NCBI RefSeq assembly: GCF_044704955.1
Contig: NC_091999.1
Coordinates: 35,030,001 to 35,094,000 of the forward strand
From: Pristiophorus japonicus
Taxonomy: Eukaryota
Direction: 5' to 3'
Length of the DNA stretch: 64,000 nucleotides
Shown here: piece after piece, positions 27,412 to 40,159 of the stretch
How positions within the stretch are numbered: position 1 is the first letter of the stretch
Layout of the letters: every line of letters starts with the position of its first letter
Notes under the pieces: model-generated
Databases searched by the model: none
What the model was told of the DNA's origin: nothing
The model's input: only the letters and a program-made list of their open reading frames with translations
Made by a program: the position numbers and the translations under genes

Positions 27412-27995
27412 CTGTTTGTCTCTGTCTCTCATTCTTTTTCTTTCTTTCGGTGTCAAAGTTCTGCTCCAATGGGATTCTCTCAGTCTCTTTGTCTATTTGG
27501 CTCTCTCTTTCCCATCATCCCTCTCTGTCTGACTGTCTCTCTCTTTCCCATCGTCTCTTTCTATTTGTCTATGTCTGTGCCTGTCTGCCTTTCTTTTCCT
27601 GTCTCTGTTCGTACCTGTCTCTAACCTGCTGAGTATTTCCATAATTTTCTCTTTTTTCTCTATCTCTCTTTCTATCTGTCTCTCTCTCTATCTGGCTGTC
27701 TCTGTGTCTCTCTTTGTCCCTGTCTTCATCTCTGTATTGCCTTCACTCTTTCCCTCTCTCTCTTTATAGAGCATGCACATATCTCTGTGTATGTGTGTGC
27801 TTGAGTTATTTTCTCACTGTGTCTGTCTCTCCCTCTCAGTCTCACACTTTATCTGTCTCTTTGTCTCTATCTCGCTGTCTGTCTCTCCCTGTTTCTCTGT
27901 TTGTCTCTGTCTCTCAGTGTTTCTGTCGACTTCTCATGGTGTCCAGTTCTGTTCACAGCTCGATTCCTGCTGTCTAAAAAGCTGCACCTGTCAGT

Positions 27996-28067
27996 ACCTC
28001 TTTAGTACAATGGTGAATATCACCGCCTGACACGCGGGAGACCAGAGTTGAATTTCCCGATGGGGAG
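27996..28067 (+). pseudogene. tRNA-Asp pseudogene (anticodon drifted to GAC)
   Basis: Full 72-nt alignment to vertebrate tRNA-Asp(GTC), with a damaged T-loop. Confidence 0.8.
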
Positions 28068-28284
28068 AAGGCTTTTTCAAAATGTAGAATTTTACTTTTG
28101 TTTCTTGGTATAGATTCATGTTAAAAAGTTCGAGAGCAATATAGAAGTGTAAAAATACTGAAAAAGGAGATTGCCTTCCAGATTTTTTAGCAAACGGAAA
28201 CTTATTCAGGATTCTGTGGCCGGCTGCTGCACAGAGATAGATGACTGAGTTTTATCTGAGTAAAATTTAAAATGCAGCAAACCA

Positions 28285-28367
28285 GCAGTCGTAGCCGACT
28301 GGTTAAGGTGATGAGCTCGATAATCTATTCGGGTTTCCCCGCAGAGGTTCGAAACCTACTGATTGCA
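28285..28367 (+). pseudogene. tRNA-Ser pseudogene
   Basis: GCAGTCGTAGCCGACTGGTTAAGG...GGTTCGAAACCT; paralog of the 23016 copy. Confidence 0.8.
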
Positions 28368-29132
28368 ATTCTTGGCATTTTTCATTCCATTTCACAATTT
28401 AACCAGGTCTCTGCAAAACACATACCGAAATAGGTGGAATAATATCCCACACCTATAAAGACTGACATTTATTTATCATTTCTATTAATCTGCAATATTG
28501 ACGATACATAAGGATAGAAAAACGCAAAAATCAGCCAAAGTAGCGACAGTGATACAGCCTGCTTCTCCCTCTATATATCTGAGGCATCGGTGCATGTCCG
28601 TTGGTGCGTATATATTTTTGGTTATGTGTTTGTCTGTGTCTCTGTGTCTGTCTATCTCTATATATGTCTCTGTGTATGTGCAACTGTCTGTGGAAATCAT
28701 CACCATGAATTTGGTATGTCCTGGAACTTATTAAAAAGACTTAGCGAAAAATAATACGATTGTGAACTTTGGTATCGGCTTTGGTTCAGTGGCAGCATTC
28801 TCGACTGAATCAGGAGTTTGTGTGTTCAAGTCGCAATGCTGAGACTGGAGCATATACATTTTGGCTAACACCCAACTGCAGCACTTGGGGAATTTTGCAT
28901 TTTGAAGCTGTTGACTTTCGGATGAAATGTTAAATTGAAGCTCCGTCTGCACCCTCGGCTTGATGGAAAAGTTCCCAGAGCATTACTCGAAAAAGAAAAG
29001 GAGAGTTGCCACCTTGTCATTATTACTAAAAATGTTCGGAAATGCTCCCTGAAACCCACGTGTGTGTGTTTGTCTATGGGGGTGGAGTTGAAGCCTAGAT
29101 TCTCCGAGAGACAGAGTCGAACTGATGACAGG

Positions 29133-29215
29133 ACCCGGATGGCCGAGTGGTTAAATCGTTGGCCTTAAAATTCCGTGGCTTTTTCCCGCGTGGGGTCGTA
29201 TACCATTCCTTAATA
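29133..29215 (+). pseudogene. tRNA-Leu(TAA) pseudogene
   Basis: ACCCGGATGGCCGAGTGGTTAAATCGTTGGCCTTAAAAT...; B box destroyed. Confidence 0.75.
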
Positions 29216-30429
29216 AAACAGAGATTTTTCCCATCCTGCTCAGTTACACCCGATTTTCATGTGTTGCAGTTGCATTTTTCTGTAACTCTGTGAAACTCTG
29301 AGCAGATAATGAAATGAATTGTGAAATGTATCTGTTTCGCTGTATTTGTATCTGTCTATGCCTCTCTCTCTCTCTTTAGAGAGATGTGTATGTATTTCTG
29401 TGTTTGAGTCTTTGTCTCTCTCAGTCCGCCTCTCTCTGATTCACTCTGTCTATCCCTATTTTTCTGTTTGTCTCTGTCTCTCAATCTGTATTCTTCTCAC
29501 GGTGTCCAGTTCTGTTCGAAAGGGATTCTCTCAGACTCTCTGTCTGACTGTCTCTCTCTTTCCCAGAATCTCTGTCTGCCCATGTCTTTGCCTGTCTCTG
29601 TTCGTCCTTGTCTCTAACCTGATGAGTATTTCCATAATTTTCTGTTTTTGTCTACTTGTTTCTCTCTCTATCTGTCTTTCTCTCTGTTTGTCTCCCTCTT
29701 TTTCTCTCTCTTTGTCCCTGGCTTTTTCTTGTCATTCGATCACTATTTCCCTCCCTCTCTTTATGTAGCACGCAAACACATTTCTGTGTATGTATGTATT
29801 TGAGGCTTTGTCTCATTCAGTCTGACCCTCCCTCTCAGTCTCAAACGTTCTGTCTCTCTTTGTCTCTATCTCGCTGTCTGTCACTCCCTGTTTCCATGTT
29901 TGTCTCTGTTTCTCAATGTGTCTGTTTCTTTCTCACGGTGTCCAGTTCTGTTCCAATGGGATTCTCTTAGTCTCTCTGTCTGACTGACTCACTCTTTCCC
30001 ATCATCTCTGTCTGTCTATGTCTCTGCCTGTCTGTCTCTCTTTGCCTGTCGCTGGTAGTTCCTGTCTCTAACCTATTTCCATAATGTTCTGTTTATATCT
30101 TTGTCTCTCTCTCTCTCTACCTGCCGCTCTCTCTCTATCTGTCTCTCTCCTTGTTACTGTCTTTATCACTGTCTTTCTCTCAATCTTTCCCTCTCTCTCT
30201 TTATGGATCACACACACACACACACATCTCTGTATATGTCTGCGTTTGAGTCTTTTTCTCAAGCTGTCTGCCTCTCATTCTCAGTCTCACACTTTCCGTC
30301 TCTTGTTGTCTCTATCTCGTTGCCTGTCTCTCCTTGTTTGTCGGTTTGTCTCTGTCCCTCAATGTGCCTGTCTACTTCTCATGGTGTCCATTTCTGTTCA
30401 CAGCTCGATTCCTGCTCTGATAGAATTCA

Positions 30430-30502
30430 TATTTGTTAATTTCGTGGTCAGTATCCCTGCTTGTCAAGCGTGAGATGTGGGGTTCAATGCCCCGATAGGA
30501 TG
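30430..30502 (+). pseudogene. tRNA-Asp pseudogene
   Basis: GTGGTCAGTATCCCTGCTTGTCAAGCG...GGGGTTCAATGCCCCGA at the homologous unit position. Confidence 0.7.
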
Positions 30503-30707
30503 AAACTTTTTCAAAATGTTGAATATTACTTCTGTTTCCTGGTATAGATTAATGTTAAAAAGTTGAAGAGCAATTTCGAACACGAAAAATACAGCAAGAG
30601 GGGATTGCCTCTTCCAGATCTTTCACAAACGGAGACTGTTTCAGGATTCTGTGGCCGTCAGTTGCACAGAGTTTTATCTGAGTAACATTTAACAAGCCAG
30701 TTAGCTA

Positions 30708-30790
30708 GTAGCCATGGCCGAGATGTTAAGGCAATAGACGAGATAATCCATTGGGTTTTCATCACGAAGGATCGAACCTTGCCGACTATG
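30708..30790 (+). pseudogene. tRNA-Ser pseudogene
   Basis: GTAGCCATGGCCGAGATGTTAAGG...TCGAACCTTGCCGACTATG. Confidence 0.75.
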
Positions 30791-31545
30791 GTTCTAAGCA
30801 TTTTTCATTCCATTTCACAATTTAACCAGGTCTTTGCAAAACTGATCCTGTGATAGATGGAATAATGTGCCACACCTTTCAACACTGACACATTTTTACT
30901 CATTGTTATTAATCTGCAATATTCACGATACATACGGATAGAAAAACGCAAAAGTCAGCCAAATTTGCGACATTGCTTCAGCCTGTCTTTCCCTCGAAAT
31001 GTCTAAGGCACTCTGTGCATGTCCGTTGGTGCGTGTATATTTTTGGTTGTGTGTGTGTCTCTCTCTCTGTCTGTCTATCTGTATGTATGTCTCTGCGTAT
31101 GTGCAACTGTCTGTGGAAATCATCACCATGAATTTGGTATGTGCTTGAACATTTTTTAAAAACTTGCGGAAAATAATAGGGTTGTGAACTTTGGTATCGG
31201 CTTTGGTTCAGTGGCAGCATTCTCGACTGAATCTGGAGTTTGTGTGTTCAAGTCGCACTCCTGAGACTTGAGCATATAATCTTTGCTGATTTTCAATTGC
31301 AGTACTTGGGGAATTTTGCATTCTCGAAGCTGTTGACTTTCGGATGAAATGTTAAATTGAAGCTCCGTCTGCAACCTCGGGTGGATGTGAACGTTCCCAG
31401 AGCATTACTCGAAAAAGAATAGGAGAGCTGCCCCCGTGTCACTATTACTAAAAATGTTCGTAAATGCGCACTGAAACCCTTTGTGTCCGTGAGGGTGGGG
31501 TTCCACCCCAGATTCTAACAGAGACAGAATCCGAATGCTGACAGG

Positions 31546-31628
31546 ACCAGGATTGCCGAGTGCTTAAGGCATTGGATTTAAAATGTAATTGATTTAAACC
31601 CGCGTGGGTTCGAACTCAACTCCTTAAT
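31546..31628 (+). pseudogene. tRNA-Leu(TAA) pseudogene
   Basis: ACCAGGATTGCCGAGTGCTTAAGGCATTGGATTTAAAAT...CGCGTGGGTTCGAAC. Confidence 0.78.
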
Positions 31629-32221
31629 TTAACACAGATTTCCTCCCATCCTGTTCAGTGGTACCCGATTTTCACCTGTTGAATCAGCATTTTTCTATGA
31701 CACTCTGAGCCGATTGTGAAATGTATCTGCGTCGCTCAGTCTCTGCCTCTTTCTCTCTTCAGAGAACTGTTTGTGTGTTTGAGTCTCTGACTCACTCTGT
31801 TTGTCTCTGTCTCTTTCTCACTCTGTCCAGTTCTGTTCCAATGGGATTCTCTCAGACTCTCTGTCTGACTGGCTCTTTGCCATGATCTGCCTGTCCATGT
31901 CGCTGTTATTCCCTGTCTCTAACCTGATGAGTATTTTCATCATTTTCTGTTTTTGTCTCTATGCCTCTCTCTCTATCTCTCTTTCTCTCTGTCTGTCTCC
32001 GTCTTTGTCTCTATCTTTGTCCCTGTGTTTTTCTCTGTCATTCCATCACCATTTGCCTCCCTCTCTTTCTGGAGCACGCAAACACATCTCTGTGTATGTC
32101 TCATTCAGTCTGAACCCCCCTCTCAGTCTCACACTTTATGTCTCTCGTTGTCTCTATCTCGCTCTCTGTCTCTCCCTGTTTGTCGGTTTGTCTCTGTCTC
32201 TCAATGTGTCTGTCGACTTCC

Positions 32222-32750
32222 CCTAATCTGAGGAAGGACGTCCTTGCTATTGAGGGAGTACAGTGAAGGTTCACCAGCTTGATTCCCGGGATGGCAGGAC
32301 TGAGATATGAGGAGAGACTGGATCAACTTGGCTGGTATCCACTGGAGTTTAGAAGAATGAGAGGCGCTCCCATAGAAATATATAAAATTCTGAAGAGATT
32401 GGACAGGTTAGAGGCGGGTAGAATGTTCCCATTGCTGGTGAGTTCGAGAACCATGGGTCACAGTCTAAGAATAAGTTGTAAGGCATTTAGGACCGAGATG
32501 AGGAGAAACTTCTTCACTCAGAGAGAGGTTAACCTGTGGCATTCTCTACCACAGAAAGTTCTTGAGGCCAGTTCGTTAGTTATATTCAAAAGGGAGTTAG
32601 ATATGGCCCTTACGGCTAAAGGGATCAAGGGGTATGGAGAGAAAGCAGGAAAGGGGTACTGAGGTTGAATGTTCAGCCATGATCTTATTGAATGATGCTG
32701 CAGGCTCGAAGCACCGAATGGCCAATCCTGCAAATATTTTTTTTGTTTCT
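32222..32750 (+). mobile_element. CR1 3' fragment replacing the Asp-Ser part of repeat unit 4
   Basis: IPGMAGLRYEERL...RRNFFTQR ORF at 32279-32662 plus tail. Confidence 0.88.
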
Positions 32751-33278
32751 ATGTTGATGCGTGTATATTTTTGGTTATTGTGTGTGTGTCTGTGTATGTT
32801 TACCTGTATGTATGTCTCTGTGTATGTGCAGTTGTCTATGGAAATCATCACCATGAATTTGGTGCGTCCTGGAAATTTTAAAAAGCTTGGGGAAAATAAT
32901 ACGGTTGTGATCTTTGGTATCGGCTTTCTTTCAGTGGCTCCATTCTCGACTGAATCAGGAGGTTGTGTGTTTCAGTCGCACTCTGAGACTTGAGCACGTC
33001 ATCTTGGCTGACACTCAAATGCAGTACCTGGGGAATTTTGGATTGTTGAAGCAGTTGACTTTCGGATGAAATGTTAAATTGAAGCTTCATCTCCACCCTC
33101 GGGTGGATGTGAAAGGTCCCAGAGCCTTACTCGAAAAAGAATAGGAGAGTTGCGCCCGTGTCAATATTAGGAAAAATGTTCGAAAATGCTCCCTGAAAAC
33201 CTATGTGTCTGTGTGTGTCTGTGGGGGTGGAGTTCAAGCACAGATTAATACAGAGACAGAATCCAATCTCTGACGGGA

Positions 33279-34495
33279 CATAGACATAGAAAATAGGTGC
33301 AGGAGTAGGCCATTCGGCCCTTCCAGCCTGCACCGCCATTCAATGAGTTCATGACTGAACATGCAACTTCAGTACCCCATTCCTGCTTTCTCGCCATACC
33401 CCTTGATCCACCTAGTAGCAAGGACTTCATCTAACTCCTTTTTGAATATATTTAGTGAATTGGCCTCAAATACTTTCTGTGGTAGATAATTCCACAGGTT
33501 CACCACTCTCTGGGTGAAGAAGTTCCTCCTCATCTCGGTACTAAATGGCTTGCCCCTTATCCTGAGACTGTGTCACCTGGTTCTGGACTTTCCCAACATT
33601 GGGAGCATTCTTCCTGCATCTAACCTGTCTAACTCCGTCAGAATTTCAAACGTTTCTATGAGGTCCCCTCTCATTCTTCTGAACTCCAGTGAATACAAGC
33701 CCAGTTGACCCAGTTTTTCTTGATAGGTCAGTCCCGCCATCCCGGGAATTAATCTGGTGAACCTTCGCTGCACTCCCTCAATAGCAAGAATGTCCTTCCT
33801 CAGGTTAGTAGAACAAAACTGTACACAATACTCGTGGTGTGGCCTCACCAAGACCCTGTACAACTGTAGCAACACCTCCCTGCCCCTGTACTGAAATCCC
33901 CTCGCTATGAAGGCCAACATGCCCTTTGCTTTCTTAATTGCCTGCTGTACCTGCATGCCAATCTTCAATGACTGATGTACCATGATACCCAGGTATCGTT
34001 GCACCTCCCCTTTTCCTAATCTGTCTCCATTCAGATTGTAGTCTGTCTCTCTGTTTTTACCACCAAAGTGGATAACCTCACATTTATCCACATTATACTT
34101 CATCTGCCATGCATTTGCCCATTCATCCAACCTATCCAAGTCACTCTGCAGCCTCATAGCATCCTCCTCGCAGCTCACACTGCTACCCAACTTCGTGTAA
34201 TCCGCAAATTTGGAGATACTACATTTAATCCTCTCATCCAAATCATTAATGTACAATGTAAACAGCTGGGGCCCCAGCAAAGAATCTTGCGGTACCCCAC
34301 TAGTCACTGCATGCCATTCTGAAAAGTCCCCATTTAATCCTACTCGTTGCTTCCTGACTGACAACCAGTTCTCAATCCATGTCAGCATAGTACCCCCAAT
34401 CCCATGTGCTTTAATTTTGCACATATAATCTCTTGCGTGGGATTCCTGTTTGATGCCCTCCCCAACATCACTACTACTGTTTGGAGGTCAGTACA
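33279..34495 (-). mobile_element. CR1 3' fragment
   Basis: 283-aa RT ORF at 34424-33573; tail at 33279. Confidence 0.92.
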
Positions 34496-36194
34496 TTTGC
34501 GTTATACCTACATCAGCAAGTTACATACATAAGCAATTCACTACCTTCATCATAATTCTGAGCCCCTATGTGCAACCTTATAATTTATCCTTTACAGGGG
34601 TCGATGCAAAGCCTCCCTCAGTGCTCTCTATGAGTCCTCTAATTGTTTGGTGAGACGGTTATCCACTCTGCTTAGATCTTCGTTTTAAATCTGAAGATTT
34701 CCTAATTTTTCCATTGCAGTGCCTACGTGAATTGCATTGATACTCAGCTGTTGCATTACTCAGTAGCTAATGCAAATTGACTCTGCAAAATCTCAGTTTT
34801 CTGTTTACTGTCTGAATCTATTTTTTGCAAATCTTCATTCTTAGCCGAATTTTGTTTTTCCAATCCGATATTTTATCCTCTAATTCTTTCTTGACCTTTG
34901 ATTCATGTTCTGCGAAGTATGAAGGTGCATAGGTAACTAGACTCAGCGCCTTACCAAGCTTCTTTTTCTTAGCTTTAATCTGTTCATCAGTAAAAGTGAC
35001 CGTATCCTTAAGCGACACATTCGGGTTTTCCCCTAGGCAATCTACCAACAGTGTCTGCACTTGCGTATCGTCACATCTTTTTTCTAACTTTTTCTGATAC
35101 ACTTCCCAAAGACACTCCTCTGGCAATTTAAAATTAATTATTTTAATTAAGCTTCCTTATCGAAAATAATAGTCATTATCGGTTGATGTAAATTAACCCA
35201 CCATAAGGTTTGATTGGTGATCAAACTATCTGCCTTGCGTCTGCTGTTTATACACAACAACCTGATTTTAAATGGAGAGAAAAAATTACAAGAGTCCCCA
35301 ATTAAATTGGAAAAGAATATATTGTATTTTGTTTTAAATATCTCTTTCTTTTGTCCCTTCGTGGTTGCCAGATGTAGTTTTTAAATACTGACCAGCTTTT
35401 TGCCGCTTGCTAACTATAGCAATTCAACTATTCTCAGGGTTTATCTTTAATTCAAACTCGGAGACTTTGTTCAAATCATAACAAATGCTTTTACTACAGG
35501 TATAATGGATAAAAAAACAGAGCTTTATAAAGTTAATTATGTTCTGTTACAAAAAGTAATACTTAACAAATTATAGTCACAGCCTACTTCTCGATAGTGA
35601 CCTCTCGAGATGACTGTGGTGCCGACTCCTTATCTCCTGTTCTCTTGATTCGCACTGCATTCTGAGTAGAATAGCTGTTAATTTATACCATTTTTGTCCC
35701 ATTCAAATGCTATGAAAATCTGCTGCTGTTTCACCCTTACAATAGATCATATTGTCTACTGCCTTTGACCTTTAATGTTATATCTATCTCCCCTCCATCT
35801 CTGCGGCAGGAATCACTTCTCTGAGAACAGTTATACGGACCATGTCACACAGAATGCATTACAGAGCTTGGCTTTAAAAAATTATGATAAGAACTGGTAC
35901 ATGCTGCATACCTTTATCTGATTGATTAATAATTTTGGCCTCCATCCTTCTAGTTCTAAATTAAGTTCTATCAGCAGTTACAAAAATGGATAACATAATA
36001 ATGGCTCAGTTTAGCATGATGCTTTGCTTCTCAGCCTTTGGTCACTTTAAAACGCTTTTTAAGCTATACGGCCATTTTCTATCATTTATAAACTAATTTT
36101 CGAGACTTTTACTGGAAATTACAAACATAAAAATTATTCATTAATTAAAGACGTGTAAAATAAGCTTCTTAACTCTAACTTCGAACATCTGTCA
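34495..36194 (-). mobile_element. Truncated LTR element 5' end: LTR, tRNA-Arg PBS, gag-like coiled-coil ORF remnant
   Basis: LTR ends ...ACTACA at 35373; after 2 nt comes TGGCAACCACGAAGGGAC (35370-35353), complementary to the tRNA-Arg(TCG) 3' end + CCA; K/E-rich ORF at 35126-34818; LTR start approximate. Confidence 0.75.
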
Positions 36195-36509
36195 ATAGGA
36201 GGTATATTAGATTAGGCAGCAACTCCATCCATTCCCAAACTAACTTCCAAGCCCCTTCAGTAGCGCCGATGAATCTTCTCTCCCGCCAACGCTAAGTGTC
36301 ATTCTACTGCAGGAGGCTTCAGGCCTAGACCGCATGGGTTTAAAGAAAGAGCAGCGCGGCAACAGAAGGAACACGGGGGAAGATACTCGGGTGTGACCAC
36401 AAACCGTGGGAGGTATTTTTTGGTCGGGGGGCTCCGAATGAAAGTTCAGACGGTAAAGGACAGTGTACACAAAGTTCAGCGAAACAGGGAGCGAATATCA
36501 CTGGTAGAA

Positions 36510-36850
36510 CCCTGCGTGATCATCAGTGAGTTCAGGGAGATGGTATCAGAGGGAATGGACTAGAGCAGGGAGACAGAATCCCTGGGATGATGACCAATGA
36601 GTTAAGGGAGATGGTAACAGAGCGAATGCAGTTGAGCAGCGAGGCAGGATCCCCGGGGTGATGATCAGTGAGTTCGTGGAGATGGTATCAGGGGGAAAGG
36701 AGCAGAGAAGGCAGACAGGATCCCCAGTTGATTATCAGTGAGTTCAGGGAGATGGTATCAGAGGGAATGGAGCAGTGCAGCGAGACAGGATCCCTGGGGT
36801 GATGATCACTGAGTTTGGGGTGATGGTATCAGAGGGAATGGAGCAGAGTA
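36510..36850. repeat. ~61-bp minisatellite, about 5.5 copies
   Basis: gatcagtgagttcagggagatggtatcagagggaatggagcagagcag..gacaggatccc repeated. Confidence 0.9.
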
Positions 36851-38620
36851 GAACATAAGAACATAAGAACATAAGAAATAGGAACAGGAGTAGACACTAC
36901 GGTCCCTCGAGCCTGCTCCATCTTTCAATAGGATCAGTGCTGATCTGTTCATGGATTCAGCTCCATTTTCCTCCCCGCTGCCCATAACCCCTTATCCCCT
37001 TATCGTTTAAGAAACCGTCTATTTCTGCCTTAAATTTAGTCAATGTCCCAGCTTCCAGAACTCTCTGAGGCAGCGATTTCCACAGATTTACAACCCTCTG
37101 AGAGAAGAGATTTCTGCTCATCTCTGTTTTAAATGGGCGGCCCCTGATTCTAAGATCATGCCCTCTAGTTCAGTGGAAACATGCTCGTTAAATCCATCCT
37201 GACAAGCCCCCTTAGATTATACTCTTCGATAAGATCACCTCTCATTCTTCTGAATTCCAATGAGTGGAGGCCCAACCTACTCGACCGTTCCTCATAACTC
37301 ACCCCCCTCATTCCCGGAATCAACCTAGTGAATCTTCTCTGAACTGCTTCCAAAGCAAATATATCCTTTCGTAAATATGGAAATCAAAACGTCACGTCGT
37401 ATTCCAGGTTTGGCCTCACCAATATCTTATATAGCATTAGCAAGACATCCCTGCTTTTATAGTCCATCCCCTTTGCAATAAAAGTCAAGATACCATTGGC
37501 CTTCCTGATCACTTGCTCTACCTGCATACTCTCCTTTTGTGTTTCATGCACAAATACCCCACGTCCTGCTGTGCTGCGGCATTTTACAATTTTTCTCCAT
37601 TTAAATAATAACGTGCTCTTCGATTTTTTTCTGCAAAAGTGCATGACCTCACACTTTCTAACATTATACTCCATCTGACAAATTTTGACCCACTCACTTA
37701 GCCTGTCTACGTCCTTTTGCAGATTTTTTGTGTCCTCCTCATACATTGCTTTTCCTCCCATCTTTGTATCGTCATCAAACTTGAATATGTTTCACTCAGT
37801 CCCTTCTTCCAAGTCGTTAATATAGATAGTAAATAGTTGGGGTCACAGCACTGATCCCTGCGGCGCCCCACTAGTTACTGGTTGCCAATGAGAGAATTAC
37901 CCATTTATCCCTACTCTCTGTTTATGTTCGTTAGCCACTTTTCTATCCATGCTACTATATTACCCCCAACCCCGTGAACGTTTATCTTGTGCATTAACCG
38001 TTTATGTCGCACCTTGTCAAATGCCTCCATAAGTCCAAATACACCACTTCCACTGTTTCTGGTTTATCTACCCTGTTCGTTACATCCTCAAAGAACTCCA
38101 TCAAATTTGTCAAACCTGACTTCCACTTCATAAGTCCATGCTGATTCTGCCAGACCGTATTTTGCTTTTCAAAATGTCCTGCTACAGCTTCTTTAATAAT
38201 GTACTCCAACATTTTCCCAACCACAGATTTTAGTCTAACTGATCTATAGTTTTCTGCTTTTTGTCTACTTCCTTTTTTAAATAGGCACATTACATTTGCA
38301 ATTTCCAAATCTCCTGGGATCTCCCCAGAATCCAGAGAATTTTGGTAAATTAAAACCAATACATCCACAATCCCTATCAATACATCTTTTAAGACCCGAG
38401 GATGCAATCCCTCATGTCTAGGGGATTTATCCGCCTTTATTCCCATTATCTTACTGAGTACCATCGCCTTAGTGATTGTGATTGTGTTAAGTTCCACCCG
38501 TCCTATTGGCCCTTTACTATCCACTGTCGGAATATTGCTAGCGTCCTCGACTGTAAAGACTAATACGAAATATTGTTCAGAGTTTCTGCTATCTCCATGT
38601 TCCCCATTACTAATTCCAGT
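36851..38620 (-). mobile_element. CR1 LINE fragment
   Basis: (AACATAAG)n tail at 36851; RT ORF remnants at 37165-38524. Confidence 0.92.
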
Positions 38621-39139
38621 AGGGCTAACTGCATTCTGGAAACAGGAGACAGAGTGCCAGTGTTAATGGGTGTTGCTGAGATTAGAGCAGGATTGCAGGT
38701 GGTTATTTTGCTCCTCGTTCTGTTTAAAACGTTTGGACTCGGGAGTCATTTAAAGAGGACAGTCCAAAACCAAAATTCATTGTACAAATGCTCTCCCCGA
38801 GAGGAGGGCTCCACTCGCATACTTAGCCTGGTCAAAACTAAAATGGTATTAGATCAGAATTGGATTTTCCCCGGCGATCACACACTCTGCCCCCACCTAG
38901 CACACCGGCGGAGAGGGCTCCATAATACCCATGGGCACCGTGCCGTGCCGGATCTTATCTGCCTGAAATACTGTCTAAAAGCTGTTCTACTGGAAAATTG
39001 AGAGAGTCGCGGTGTATAACAGAAAAAGGTCGAGAGAGCGTGTGTATGTCTGAAAACCACCGGGCTCTGGGAATGATTCCCCAAGGTTGTGCACGGTGTT
39101 TGTGTCAGATTTCGAACCAGTGATATCCCTGCCCTGCGA

Positions 39140-39712
39140 CTTTTGCTGGGACACTGTAGAGGGAGTTTTACTCTATATCTAACCCGTGCTGTACCTGCCC
39201 TGGGAGAGTTTGATTCGTCAGGTTAGAGGGAGCTTTACACTGTATCTAACCCGTGCTGTCCCTGCCCTGGGAGAGTTTTATGGGTCAGTGTAGAGGGAGC
39301 TTTACTCTGTATCTAAACCATGCTGTCCCTGCCCTGGGAGAGTTTGATGGGTCAGTGTAGAGGGAGCTTTACACTGTATCTAACCCGTGCTGTCCCTGCC
39401 CTGGGAGAGTTTGATGGATCAGTGTAGAGGGAGCTTTACTCTGTATCTAACCCATGCTTTCCCTGCCCTGGGAGAGTTTGATGGGTCAGTGTAGAGGGAG
39501 CATTACTCTATATCTAACCGTGCTCTCCCTGCACTTGGAATGTTTGATGGGTCGGTGTAGAGGGAGCTGTACTCTGTATCTAATGCGTGCTTTACCTGCC
39601 CTGTGAGTATTTGATTGGACAGTGTATAGGGGCATTTACCTTATATCAATCCCATGCTGTACCTGCCCTAGGAGATTTGTATGGGACACTGTAGAGGGAA
39701 ACTTACTCTGTC
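39140..39712. repeat. Same ~62-bp satellite in the opposite orientation, about 9 copies
   Basis: tgatgggtcagtgtagagggagctttactctgtatctaacccgtgctgtccctgccctgggagagtt repeated. Confidence 0.95.
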
Positions 39713-40159
39713 GTGTACTGAAATGTGACAAGCTGTGATGGAGCAGAGTCCTGCTCTTTGATAGAACCTGCCATGTGACTGCGACAGACCATAATATTCG
39801 AGGAGGCTGCATGGTGCATCTGGTCGCTGTGCAGTAATTGCGCCTCTGGGACCGGATACAACAAGGCAGCGGTAGAGGTGTCTTTACTCCAGGGACACTG
39901 GGTGGCGCAGTGGGTCTTTCACCAATGAGACTTGGTTTCAATCACAACCCAGACAGGACGGGTGAAACATTCCTGTCAGGTAAACAAAACACAGTGTGAC
40001 AGGGAAAATGGAGCCATGGAGAAATAAACAGAGAAAATTCCAAGTTAGTTTATTTGTGATTCCAGATTTATTAACAATGTCATAGAAAACAATTTACAGG
40101 GAAGTTTAAAAAAGTGAACACAAAGTGAATACAACTGAGCAGAACATTGAGAACCGAAC

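Larger units (their letters stand above)
21990..33278 (+). repeat. Degenerate ~2.4-kb tandem tDNA repeat, about 4 units, interrupted by CR1 insertions
   Basis: Unit = CT-rich spacer + tRNA-Asp + tRNA-Ser + Deu-SINE + tRNA-Leu; homologous points recur at ~2.41-2.43-kb spacing (e.g. Ser 28285 to 30708). Confidence 0.9.

Noticed and set aside
22058-32231. Many hydrophobic Leu/Ser/Cys-rich ORFs
   Set aside because: Translations of CT-rich low-complexity spacers of the tDNA repeat.
38620-39120. 142-aa ORF and unique-looking sequence as a host exon
   Set aside because: The ORF starts within CR1 and has no recognisable domain or splice pattern; likely an unclassified repeat fragment.
39140-39712. 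Regular ~62-bp repeats (also the 54-, 38- and 36-bp arrays) as CRISPR-like arrays
   Set aside because: Contiguous tandem units with no unique spacers, eukaryotic context, no cas genes.
39895-39975. Possible tRNA gene (GGTGGCGCAGTGG...GGTTTCAATC)
   Set aside because: Only A/B-box-like motifs and no cloverleaf; more likely a SINE head remnant.
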